From positions 160,001 to 224,000 of the forward strand of contig JBNKHE010000003.1 of NCBI GenBank assembly GCA_050290185.1: DNA of 64,000 bases. Direction: 5' to 3'. The notes below the pieces were generated by a model that was not told the origin of the DNA, made no database searches, and saw nothing but the letters and a program-made list of their open reading frames with translations. Positions 9,139-19,552 of the stretch are shown here, one piece after another. Source of the stretch: Pontiella sp. (lineage in GTDB: Bacteria; Verrucomicrobiota; Kiritimatiellia; Kiritimatiellales; Pontiellaceae). The translations under genes and the position numbers were made by a program. Positions within the stretch are counted from its first letter, which is position 1. The number at the start of each line of letters is the position of its first letter.

Positions 9139-11442
9139 CTACTGGTCGCTGGAGCTCAGGTTGGGGGCCAGCAATTCCTCCGCGCGGCCGATCTGCTGCA
9201 GATCGATCAGGTCCGATAGAATGTTCATGGCTTCGCCGAGAATGAGGTCGTCATTCTGATGCTCATCCTGATCTTCCATGAAGGCATTGTTCTGGATGTC
9301 GTCCAGCTCCTTTTCCGCCACGGCTTCTTTCAGCCTGTTCGTCAACGAGAGGGAGATGATTTTCGTGTCGTAGCGTTCTTTCAACCGGTCACGCCTTGCG
9401 AGATAGTTCTGGAACTCGGGATTGTTTTCCAGACGCTCCTGGGACTGATCCGTCAGCATGGGGATGAGTTCGGTCAAGCCTTTCTGCGTCCGATACATAG
9501 CGGGCCTTATCGTATCCCAAGGCAATGCGTGTTCCAGAGAATCCTCGCCCAGACCCATTACATCGAGATAGGAGGGGATTATAATGTCCGGCGTAACGCC
9601 CTTCAATTGGGTTGAACCACCGTTGATGCGGTAGAATCCGGCCGTCGTCAGTTTGAGCGATCCTTTGTGGTCCCCCAGCGGCATCAGGGTCTGTACCGTG
9701 CCTTTGCCATGCGTCTTTTCGTCGCCGACAATGATGGCACGCTTATAATCCTGCAATGCCGCTGCAAGGATTTCGGAGGCCGAAGCGCTGAGCCGGTTGA
9801 CCAGCACAATCATCGGACCGTCATAGTCCACCTCGGGGTCGGCATCCGGAAGTACCTGTATTCCATTACGTTCCTTAACCTGAACAACGGGGCCGGAGCT
9901 GATGAACAAACCTGCGGTTTCTATGGCTTCAACCAGAGAGCCACCGCCATTGTTGCGCAGATCAAGAATCATTCCGTCAATGCCCTGCGTCACTTGTTCC
10001 TGAATCAGCCTGCGGACGTCGGTGGAAGCCCGGCGGGTGTTTTCATCATTCTGGTCGGCTGTGAAATCGGCGTAGAAGTCGGGGAGGGTGATGACGCCAA
10101 TCCGGCGGGTTTTTCCATCGGAGAGTTCAAGGGGCTTTACCTCACCCTTGGCGGCCTGCTCCTCGAGTTTGACTTCATCGCGCATCAGGTCGATCTTGCG
10201 TGTGCGGGAACCGGAGCGGTCGGATGCAGGAATAATAGTCAGTACCACCTTGGTGTCTTTTTCGCCCCGGATCAGTCGGACGGCTTTGTAGAGCGGCCAG
10301 TGCAGAATGCTCACGGGGGCTTCGTCGCCCTGCGCGACCGCAATAATCTTGTCGCCCGGTTTGAGGCGTCCGTCCTGATCGGCCGGTCCCCCGGGGATAA
10401 TGCGCACAATTTTGGCGGTGCCGTCTTCCGGTCGTAGCATGGCGCCAATACCCACCAGCGAAAGCTTCATATTGATGTCAAAGTCCTCGACACTGCTGGG
10501 CGACATGTAGTCGCTGTGCGGATCATAGACCTGGGTAAACGCGGTCAGGTAGCGTTGCAACAGCATTTCCTCGTCAAACGACTCCATGGTCAGCGTGAAC
10601 TGCTTGTAGCGTTCAAGAATAAACTCTTCCGGTGTCATGTCGGCGTCTTCCAGGGAGTCGTCCGATTCAATGGTTGCGGAAGCCGTTGCGTTGGTGTTTT
10701 CGGTGCCGGCTGCGGAAACCGTATTGCTGGAAGAGGACACGGTGTTCGTCTCTTCGGCGTAAAGTTCCTGCGAAACCAGCCGGGCGATATATTCATTCTT
10801 GAGCCGCTTGCGCCAAAGATCATCCCACGCAGCTTCATCCTTCGGCCATGGGGCATCTTTCCGGTCCCACAGGAAGGATTCATCCTTGTCGGTGTCGAAT
10901 CCCTTCTGAAGCTGTTGTTCTACAAAGGTCAACCGGTTTGCGATGCGTTGTTGCAATATGTCGTAGACGTTGCGGGCAAAAGAGATGTCGCCCTTGCGCA
11001 GTTGTTTGTGCAAATCCGGGGCTTCCTGACTGAAGGAATCGATATCGGACTGGAGGAAATAGCTGTGCGTCGGGTCGAGCGAGTCGATGAACAGCTTGAA
11101 GGCATTCGTGGAAATGTGGCTGTCCATGGGTAGCTGGTTGAGATGGAAAACGGGCAGGGAATAGGCCACCGTCCGGCTGATTCGTTTTACGTCGAGATCG
11201 CTTTTGGGGAGGGGCTCGATCGGCTTTTCATCCACTTTGGGTGCCGTTTCCGCGACCACGTTTGTTTCCGTCGTCCCGTTTGTTGCGCTGAAACTTTCCG
11301 ACTTTTCCGAAATATCGTTGGTGATCGTTGGAGGATATGTTTCTGCGGGGTTCTCTTTCGAACTGCATGCAACGAGTGTGATGCAAAGTGCGCTGAGCAG
11401 GAATGTTGCGGATCCCAATGTCAAGTATCTCTTATTTTTCAT
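9139..11442 (-). CDS. prc: carboxy-terminal processing protease (Prc/Tsp, S41A), probable lipoprotein
   Basis: DPHSDY, GIGAML PDZ, DLRNNGGGSL, SASASEILA, GKGTVQ, GSTQLKGVTPDI; lipobox LVAC. Confidence 0.93.
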   Translation of the reverse strand: MKNKRYLTLGSATFLLSALCITLVACSSKENPAETYPPTITNDISEKSESFSATNGTTETNVVAETAPKVDEKPIEPLPKSDLDVKRISRTVAYSLPVFHLNQLPMDSHISTNAFKLFIDSLDPTHSYFLQSDIDSFSQEAPDLHKQLRKGDISFARNVYDILQQRIANRLTFVEQQLQKGFDTDKDESFLWDRKDAPWPKDEAAWDDLWRKRLKNEYIARLVSQELYAEETNTVSSSSNTVSAAGTENTNATASATIESDDSLEDADMTPEEFILERYKQFTLTMESFDEEMLLQRYLTAFTQVYDPHSDYMSPSSVEDFDINMKLSLVGIGAMLRPEDGTAKIVRIIPGGPADQDGRLKPGDKIIAVAQGDEAPVSILHWPLYKAVRLIRGEKDTKVVLTIIPASDRSGSRTRKIDLMRDEVKLEEQAAKGEVKPLELSDGKTRRIGVITLPDFYADFTADQNDENTRRASTDVRRLIQEQVTQGIDGMILDLRNNGGGSLVEAIETAGLFISSGPVVQVKERNGIQVLPDADPEVDYDGPMIVLVNRLSASASEILAAALQDYKRAIIVGDEKTHGKGTVQTLMPLGDHKGSLKLTTAGFYRINGGSTQLKGVTPDIIIPSYLDVMGLGEDSLEHALPWDTIRPAMYRTQKGLTELIPMLTDQSQERLENNPEFQNYLARRDRLKERYDTKIISLSLTNRLKEAVAEKELDDIQNNAFMEDQDEHQNDDLILGEAMNILSDLIDLQQIGRAEELLAPNLSSSDQ

Positions 11443-11589
11443 GAAAGTTCCCGGTTTTTATAAATAAGGGACAACATGCTATGGGTCATTACCATTGGAA
11501 ACAAGTCCGCATTCCCTCTCATATTCCTTCGTTTTTGTATTCCCCCCTGGTTTTTATGCCTGTATTTTCGGGCGCTCAAACTGACTTAA

Positions 11590-13215
<1,626 letters not shown>

Positions 13216-13234
13216 CCGAGCCGTTCGTGTAATT

Positions 13235-13270
13235 ATAAAATGCGGGGTCTAACCCCGCATTTTATTTTTG
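13235..13270 (+). terminator. intrinsic terminator after pgi
   Basis: ATAAAATGCGGGG-TCTAA-CCCCGCATTTTAT perfect inverted repeat plus T-rich tail. Confidence 0.85.
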
Positions 13271-13633
13271 TACCAAAAATAAAATCGAGGCCTCAATAAT
13301 ACACATATTGCATACATATATCATGTGAATGTGTGCCGCTTTAATCGTGACATTCAGGTACGTTTTTTTTTAGAGCCGCGAACTTTATTGGCCGATATTC
13401 TGCTCATATATGCGTATGTGGGATTGCCTAGGTCTCAGGCAAGCAAGGTGGAATGCTTTAACCTGGCAGTTGGATCACGTATGGAATATCGGGGAAAAAA
13501 TCTGCCAGGCGCTGTTGATTCGTTCAACCTTTCCATTTCGTAAGGTTGTTTTGGTCGTGCTTTATCATGATCAGGTTACCCTGCGCATGGGATTAGTCCC
13601 ATTCTTGAACAGCTGATTTTGAGACTTTAAAAT

Positions 13634-15007
13634 ATGGAATGGATTGAAATAACAGGTGTGGTGGTATTCATCTCGACGGTATTCATCGTTCTGGGAATGT
13701 GGCAGCGGTCTGTCCAGCGGGCCGAGGAGGAACGTCTGGCCGAAGAAGTACGGGCCGCCGAAGAGGAAGGCGCGAACCAGGCGCTTACCCAGCACCCCCA
13801 GATCGATACGAGTCGCTGCTTAGGTTGCGGCAGTTGCGCGGCGGCTTGTCCCGAGCACGGAGTGATTGCTATCGTTGACGGCAAGGCCCGGTTAGTTCGC
13901 GCATCTCATTGCGTCGGACACGGGAGTTGCGAACAGGCCTGTCCCGTCGGAGCCTTGATGGTCGGACTGGGCGATCTCTCTTCGCGGGTGGATATCCCCG
14001 TATTGAGCGACGAGCGCGAAACGACGGTTCCAGGGGTGTTTATTGCCGGAGAACTAACCGGTATCGGTTTGATTCGCAATGCGGTCACGCAGGGGACTCA
14101 GATCACCGACACGATCGCCGGACGTCTCAAGAGGCAGGGCCCGCGATTGGGTGACGAAGGCATGGTCGATATCCTGATTGTGGGATGCGGACCCTCCGGG
14201 ATTGCGGCCACACTGCGCGCCCACGAACTGGGCCTGCGCTACATGACGATCGATCAGGACGATCTGGGCGGTACCGTCCGGAAATATCCCCGCAATAAAA
14301 TGACCCTGACACAACCGGTCGATCTGCCACTGTATGGCCGGATGAAGCGCACCCAGTATTCCAAGGAAGAGCTGATTGCACTATGGGAAAAGGTTTTCAG
14401 AAAAGAGGGGATCGAAGTGCGGACTGGTGTGAAGTTCACCGGTCTGGAACCGCGATCCGACGGTGTGCTTTCTGTGGAGACCAGCGCCGGTTCCGTACTC
14501 TGCCGGTATTGCATTCTCGCGCTGGGCCGCCGCGGTACGCCGCGCCGGTTGGGAGTCCCCGGTGAAGATTCGGAGCGGGTGCTTTACCAGCTCATCGATG
14601 CTGCGGAATACAGGCAGAAGAAGGTGCTCGTGGTGGGCGGTGGCGACAGCGCCATCGAAGCGGCCCTCGCCTTGGCCACCCAGGCCGGTAACACGGTGAC
14701 GCTTTCCTATAGGCGCAACGCGTTCTTCCGAATCAAGTCCAGAAATCGCGAAGGACTGGAAAAAGCCTCCGCGGAGGGCAAGGTCAGCGTGATCCTGAAT
14801 TCGCAAGTGCAACTGATCGACCGGGACTACGTCAAGATTGATGTCAACGACGAAGAGGGCGGCGATCCGGAAGTAAAGCGCGTCGCGTATGACTATGTAT
14901 TCGTCTTCGCCGGAGGCGAACCGCCTTATCCGTTATTGCAGAAGGTAGGAGTCTCATTCGGCGGAGAAGATAAGGCGGAGCCGGACTCGATCAAGGAGGC
15001 GAGCTAG
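13634..15007 (+). CDS. membrane-anchored 2x[4Fe-4S] ferredoxin fused to FAD/NAD(P)H oxidoreductase (TrxR/FNR-like fold)
   Basis: N-terminal TM; CLGCGSCAAACP and CVGHGSCEQACP; IVGCGPSG (FAD), VVGGGDSAIEAA and SYRR (NADPH-type); no TrxR catalytic CXXC. Confidence 0.85.
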   Translation: MEWIEITGVVVFISTVFIVLGMWQRSVQRAEEERLAEEVRAAEEEGANQALTQHPQIDTSRCLGCGSCAAACPEHGVIAIVDGKARLVRASHCVGHGSCEQACPVGALMVGLGDLSSRVDIPVLSDERETTVPGVFIAGELTGIGLIRNAVTQGTQITDTIAGRLKRQGPRLGDEGMVDILIVGCGPSGIAATLRAHELGLRYMTIDQDDLGGTVRKYPRNKMTLTQPVDLPLYGRMKRTQYSKEELIALWEKVFRKEGIEVRTGVKFTGLEPRSDGVLSVETSAGSVLCRYCILALGRRGTPRRLGVPGEDSERVLYQLIDAAEYRQKKVLVVGGGDSAIEAALALATQAGNTVTLSYRRNAFFRIKSRNREGLEKASAEGKVSVILNSQVQLIDRDYVKIDVNDEEGGDPEVKRVAYDYVFVFAGGEPPYPLLQKVGVSFGGEDKAEPDSIKEAS

Positions 15008-15009
15008 CC

Positions 15010-15909
15010 ATGTCCGAATCGGTCCGTACCCGCGAAAAAACCAGATTTCGAACGCCGGCGATATGGGTGGTGCAATCCCTCGTACTCGGGATCTTTGCCT
15101 GTTTCATTATTTTTCATTGGGACTATTACAGTCTGCCGCGTGCTGAACGGCCCTTTCACGCTGCGCACTCCTCTCTTCGTTCGTCCGGACTGGCCGGACT
15201 TTGGATGGGCGTCGGGGCGGCCTCCCTTTTTGTGCTGAACCTGGGCTATCTGGTACGCAAGCGCCTGATTCGTTTCTCCTGGCTGGGCCCCTTGCGCCAA
15301 TGGATGAACTTTCATGTGGTCACCGGTATTGTCGGGGGCGGTTGCGTGGCCGTGCATATGGCCATGGCCCCGTCCAGTGCCATGGGGACCATGGCCCTGA
15401 TCGCCCTGTGCATTACGGTGGTCACGGGCATTGTCGGCCGCACCATCTACATCCGTGTTCCGCGTTCCGCCGAAGGGCGGGAGCTGGAATTTAGGCAGGT
15501 GAAGGATCAGTTGGAACAATGCCGGCTGGAACTGGAGCTAACCGGCGTCCATGCCAATTGGCTGCATGGTGAAAAACCGCAGGAAGGCGTACGACACACC
15601 AGCTTGATGGGGGGATTTGCTGCCCTTATCGTGGGGGACCGCCAGCGCCGGCACGATTATCGCCAGCTCAGGAAAGAGATTCTGGGCTCGGCGAGACTGA
15701 AGGAATCTGCGGCGCATATTCTTCCGATAGCCCAAGCCTATTGCATGCATTGGCAGTGGTTTGTCCGCTACTATGAACTGCGAAACCTGATCTCCTCCTG
15801 GCGCTTTTTCCATCGCTGGCTGGCGATTCTGATGCTCTTTGTGGTGCTGGGCCATGTGGTTGTGGCGATTCGGTTCGGCGGTCTATCGCTTTTCGGGGGG
15901 AGTCATTAA
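15010..15909 (+). CDS. integral membrane protein, ferric-reductase/cytochrome b-like (putative di-heme b)
   Basis: Several TM helices; two H-X13-H pairs (FHVVTGIVGGGCVAVH and FHRWLAILMLFVVLGH). Confidence 0.7.
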   Translation: MSESVRTREKTRFRTPAIWVVQSLVLGIFACFIIFHWDYYSLPRAERPFHAAHSSLRSSGLAGLWMGVGAASLFVLNLGYLVRKRLIRFSWLGPLRQWMNFHVVTGIVGGGCVAVHMAMAPSSAMGTMALIALCITVVTGIVGRTIYIRVPRSAEGRELEFRQVKDQLEQCRLELELTGVHANWLHGEKPQEGVRHTSLMGGFAALIVGDRQRRHDYRQLRKEILGSARLKESAAHILPIAQAYCMHWQWFVRYYELRNLISSWRFFHRWLAILMLFVVLGHVVVAIRFGGLSLFGGSH

Positions 15910-17645
15910 TGAAAGTGACCCCAAAAATGATGATGTGGGTTTTCGGACTGCTGACGATCGGCGGGCTGGCCTTGTTTCTCGCCCTGTACCAAAGTTCGCC
16001 GGGACCTCTTACTACAGCCCATGCCACTGCGGTGCCGGGCAACATGATCTGGTCGTGCAAGAAGTGCCACTCCGATGACGGAATGGAATCGGGGTGTTTG
16101 TCGTGCCACGCCGAAATCGCGAACCAACTACACGAAAAAACCGGTTTTCACACCTATCTGCGTACCCAGTCATCCGCCAGTTGCGAACAGTGCCACCCCG
16201 AGCACCATGGGGCCGACTTCCCGCTGGTGAGCGACGTGTCGTGGCAGGGCACGGATACCAATGCATTCAAGCATCCGCAGGTGGAATTCAAGCTGGAGGG
16301 CAAGCACGACGAACTGGCCTGCAAGCAATGCCATACCGAAAAATTCCATGAACCCGTTGTCTTGGCCGATTTTCCTGATCAGGTTCGGACGGATACCATG
16401 CTAGGCCTGAACCAGGAGTGCATCAGTTGCCATGTCGATGTGCACAAGAGCGGCGAGAAGACCCGCGACTGCACCCAGTGCCATGATCAAAATGCCTTCA
16501 AGCCGGCTCCCTTCTTCGATCATAATAAATATTTTGTGCTGGATGGCCCCCATGCCACGGCGGCCTGCGCGGCCTGCCACCAAACCGATGTTGCGCCTGA
16601 GCTGATGGAAGGCGAACGGGATCTGAAGTTCGGACCGGTCAAAGGCAAGAAATGCGCTGATTGCCACGAATCCCCGCACCGTTTTGACAAGCAACTGCAG
16701 GGCGACTGCATGCGCTGCCACAAGGGCACCGATGAAAAATGGGTGATGGGGCAGCGAGGCGTGGATGTAGCCTTCCATGATCACTTCGGATTCGTTCTGC
16801 AGGGCGCGCACGCCAAGGTGGAATGCGCTAAATGCCATGCGCCGGAGCTGGAAACCTATACTGCGCGCTTCCCGGATCCCGCCGCACCCGGTTACAACCG
16901 CCAGGCGGATCAATGCAGCAGCTGCCACAAAGATCCCCACGACGGCCAGTTCAAGGAACACTATCCTTCCTGCGCCCAGTGCCATACCGTGGATCGTTTC
17001 ATGCCCAGTACGCTGGGGCCGGCTGACCATCCCGAACGCTATCCGCTGAAGAACGGCCACGTGGCGGCAGCCTGCAACCAGTGCCACAAGATCGAAGCGG
17101 GCAGTGACGTGCGCCGGTTCAAGGGCACCGCCAGCTCCTGCAAGGAATGCCACGCCAACCCGCACGGAAGCCAGTTCGATAAGGAGCTCGCTCAAAACGA
17201 TTGCACCGCCTGCCATGCCCCCGATTTTTCCACCTTCAAGATCAAGCAGTACAAGCACGAGAACATGCGCGCTTTCTTCCAGGGCAAGGGCCATGCCAAG
17301 GCGGCGTGTATCCAGTGCCATGCCGAGCCCGCCTCCGACCAGGAAATACTTCAGTACCGCGGGACACCGACCACGTGCGCGTCCTGCCACACGGATATCC
17401 ACCGCGGTCAGTTCCTGCAGCTTGGTCAAACGCAGTGCGAGCGTTGTCATGGTTCGTTCGATCAATGGAAAGCAGACCGCTTCGAACATGATCGCGATTC
17501 CAAATTCCTGCTGGATAAGGCGCATGTAAAGGTTGAATGCGCCTCCTGTCACCTTCCTGTAATGCAACCCGACGGCCAGTCGGTTGTCCAATATCGACCG
17601 TTAACCACCCGATGTGAGGATTGTCATGGTTTCCAAAAACAATAA
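15909..17645 (+). CDS. multiheme cytochrome c, 20 CXXCH motifs, N-terminal membrane anchor/signal
   Basis: Counted 20 CXXCH; repeated F.L.G.H...CXXCH triheme units; TAATG coupling to the upstream gene. Confidence 0.95.
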   Translation: MKVTPKMMMWVFGLLTIGGLALFLALYQSSPGPLTTAHATAVPGNMIWSCKKCHSDDGMESGCLSCHAEIANQLHEKTGFHTYLRTQSSASCEQCHPEHHGADFPLVSDVSWQGTDTNAFKHPQVEFKLEGKHDELACKQCHTEKFHEPVVLADFPDQVRTDTMLGLNQECISCHVDVHKSGEKTRDCTQCHDQNAFKPAPFFDHNKYFVLDGPHATAACAACHQTDVAPELMEGERDLKFGPVKGKKCADCHESPHRFDKQLQGDCMRCHKGTDEKWVMGQRGVDVAFHDHFGFVLQGAHAKVECAKCHAPELETYTARFPDPAAPGYNRQADQCSSCHKDPHDGQFKEHYPSCAQCHTVDRFMPSTLGPADHPERYPLKNGHVAAACNQCHKIEAGSDVRRFKGTASSCKECHANPHGSQFDKELAQNDCTACHAPDFSTFKIKQYKHENMRAFFQGKGHAKAACIQCHAEPASDQEILQYRGTPTTCASCHTDIHRGQFLQLGQTQCERCHGSFDQWKADRFEHDRDSKFLLDKAHVKVECASCHLPVMQPDGQSVVQYRPLTTRCEDCHGFQKQ

Positions 17646-19515
17646 GCCAGCGCTAAAGATTGCCGTATGGGTCGTATTCCTGCTCGGACTCGTGGTGGCC
17701 GGGTGCCAGTTTGTTGTGCCCCGCCAGGAATGGAACAAGAAGGCCTGGGGCCCGTTGGTTCCACACACCAAGTTTCCCGGGGATTGCAGTCTTTGCCACC
17801 TGCCGGATCGGTGGGACAAACTGCGTGATGATTTTAGTTTCGATCATGAAAAGGAGACCGGCTATGCGCTTGAAGGCGCCCATGCCGATGCGGCCTGCTT
17901 GCGGTGCCACAACGACCGGGGGCCAGTGGAGGTATATGTGGCACGAGGATGTGCCGGTTGTCACGCCGACCCTCATGCAAGTACGATGGGCCTGGATTGC
18001 GAACGTTGCCATAGCCAAATGACCTGGGAGCCGACGGGGCTAATCGGCGAACATGCCCGTACCCGCTTCCCGTTGATGGGCTCCCATGCCATTGCCACAT
18101 GCGAAAGCTGCCACGAAGGTGCGGCCGCAGGAGAATTCCGCGGCGCACCCTTGGAGTGCGATATCTGCCACCGCGACGATGCGGCTCAAACCACGGATCC
18201 CAACCATGTGGCCAATGGATGGGTTTCAGATTGCCAGCGTTGCCACAATCCCGTGGGTTGGAACGGGGCGAATATCGTGCATGACTTCTTCCCGCTCACC
18301 GGCGGGCATAGCGGGGTGAACTGCGTGCAATGCCATACCACGCCGGGCGATTTCTCCGGGTTGTCGCAGGATTGCTATTCCTGCCATGAGCCGGACTACC
18401 AGAGTGCGCCCAGCCATTTGACAGAGAATTTCTCGCATGACTGCACGCAGTGCCATTCAAAAAATGCATGGACACCTGCCACATTCGACCACTCCTTCTT
18501 CCCGCTCACCGGTGAGCACAAGGGCTTGTCTTGTTCGGAGTGCCATACGGGTGGAACGTATTCGGGATTGTCAACGGACTGCGCTTCATGCCATGGATCC
18601 GACTTCGATAGCGCGCCGAACCATGTGGCCCAAAGCTATCCGCAGACCTGCGAAGATTGTCACAGTACATCAGGCTGGACGCCGGCCTCATTTGATCATT
18701 CCGCTTTTCCGCTGACCGGTGCTCACGCGGATTCAACCTGTGCGCAATGCCATTCGGGCGGTGTCTACGCCGGATTGCCTTCCAACTGCTATTCATGCCA
18801 TGACACCGACTATCAGGGCGCACCCGACCACGTTGCCCTGAACTTCCCGCAAACCTGCGAGCAGTGCCATAGCACCACGGCCTGGACTCCTGCGGCCATT
18901 GATCACTCGTTCTTCCCGTTGACGCAGGGGCATGCTGGCGTGGGTTGTGCAGAATGTCATCAAGGCGGCACCTATAGTGGTTTGTCGCAGGACTGCTATT
19001 CCTGCCATGATAACGATTTCCAAGGCGCGCCTGATCATGTGACCCTGAACTTCTCGCACGACTGCGAGCAGTGCCATACCCGTTCGGCCTGGACGCCGGC
19101 GAGCTTCGATCACTCCTTCTTCCCGCTGACGCAGGGCCATTCCGGACTTACCTGCAACACGTGCCATGAGAACGGGACATACAGCGGTCTCTCGCAGGAC
19201 TGTTATTCGTGTCACCAAAGTGACTATCAGGGTGCGCAGGATCACGCGAGCCTTGGTTTTCCTCATGATTGCACGCAGTGCCATTCGACCTCGTCGTGGG
19301 GATCGGCCAGCTTCTCGCACACCGATTTTCCGCTTCGCGGAAACCACGATGTTTCGTGCACGCGGTGCCACAATACGGGCAGCACGCAGACCTTTACCTG
19401 TCTGAACAATTGCCATGGGAAGAGTTCAACAGACAGCGATCATAGTGAAGTCAGGAACTACAGCTATACATCATCGGCCTGCTACAACTGCCACCCCGAT
19501 GGAAGAGAGGATTAG
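17626..19515 (+). CDS. multiheme cytochrome c lipoprotein, 24 CXXCH + 1 CX3CH
   Basis: GAGGA RBS before ATG 17626; lipobox VVAGC; counted 24 CXXCH plus CLNNCH. Confidence 0.93.
   Translation: MVSKNNKPALKIAVWVVFLLGLVVAGCQFVVPRQEWNKKAWGPLVPHTKFPGDCSLCHLPDRWDKLRDDFSFDHEKETGYALEGAHADAACLRCHNDRGPVEVYVARGCAGCHADPHASTMGLDCERCHSQMTWEPTGLIGEHARTRFPLMGSHAIATCESCHEGAAAGEFRGAPLECDICHRDDAAQTTDPNHVANGWVSDCQRCHNPVGWNGANIVHDFFPLTGGHSGVNCVQCHTTPGDFSGLSQDCYSCHEPDYQSAPSHLTENFSHDCTQCHSKNAWTPATFDHSFFPLTGEHKGLSCSECHTGGTYSGLSTDCASCHGSDFDSAPNHVAQSYPQTCEDCHSTSGWTPASFDHSAFPLTGAHADSTCAQCHSGGVYAGLPSNCYSCHDTDYQGAPDHVALNFPQTCEQCHSTTAWTPAAIDHSFFPLTQGHAGVGCAECHQGGTYSGLSQDCYSCHDNDFQGAPDHVTLNFSHDCEQCHTRSAWTPASFDHSFFPLTQGHSGLTCNTCHENGTYSGLSQDCYSCHQSDYQGAQDHASLGFPHDCTQCHSTSSWGSASFSHTDFPLRGNHDVSCTRCHNTGSTQTFTCLNNCHGKSSTDSDHSEVRNYSYTSSACYNCHPDGRED
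18277..19314 (+). repeat. intragenic tandem repeat, five units of 207-210 bp (69-70 aa triheme module)
   Basis: Units start at 18277, 18487, 18694, 18901 and 19108 (DHSFFPLTxxH..CXXCH.GG.YSGLSQDCYSCH..DYQ.APDH...F..CXXCH...WTPA). Confidence 0.9.
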
Positions 19516-19552
19516 CGCTGTGGAACCGGAATCCACCCCGTTGGAAATGCCT

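Noticed and set aside
13514..13528. FNR/CRP box upstream of the cytochrome operon (GTTGATTCGTTCAAC)
   Set aside because: Spacing does not fit TTGAT-N4-ATCAA; a short palindrome that may be chance
18277..19314. CRISPR-like periodicity
   Set aside because: The repeats are in-frame protein-coding modules without unique spacers; no cas genes
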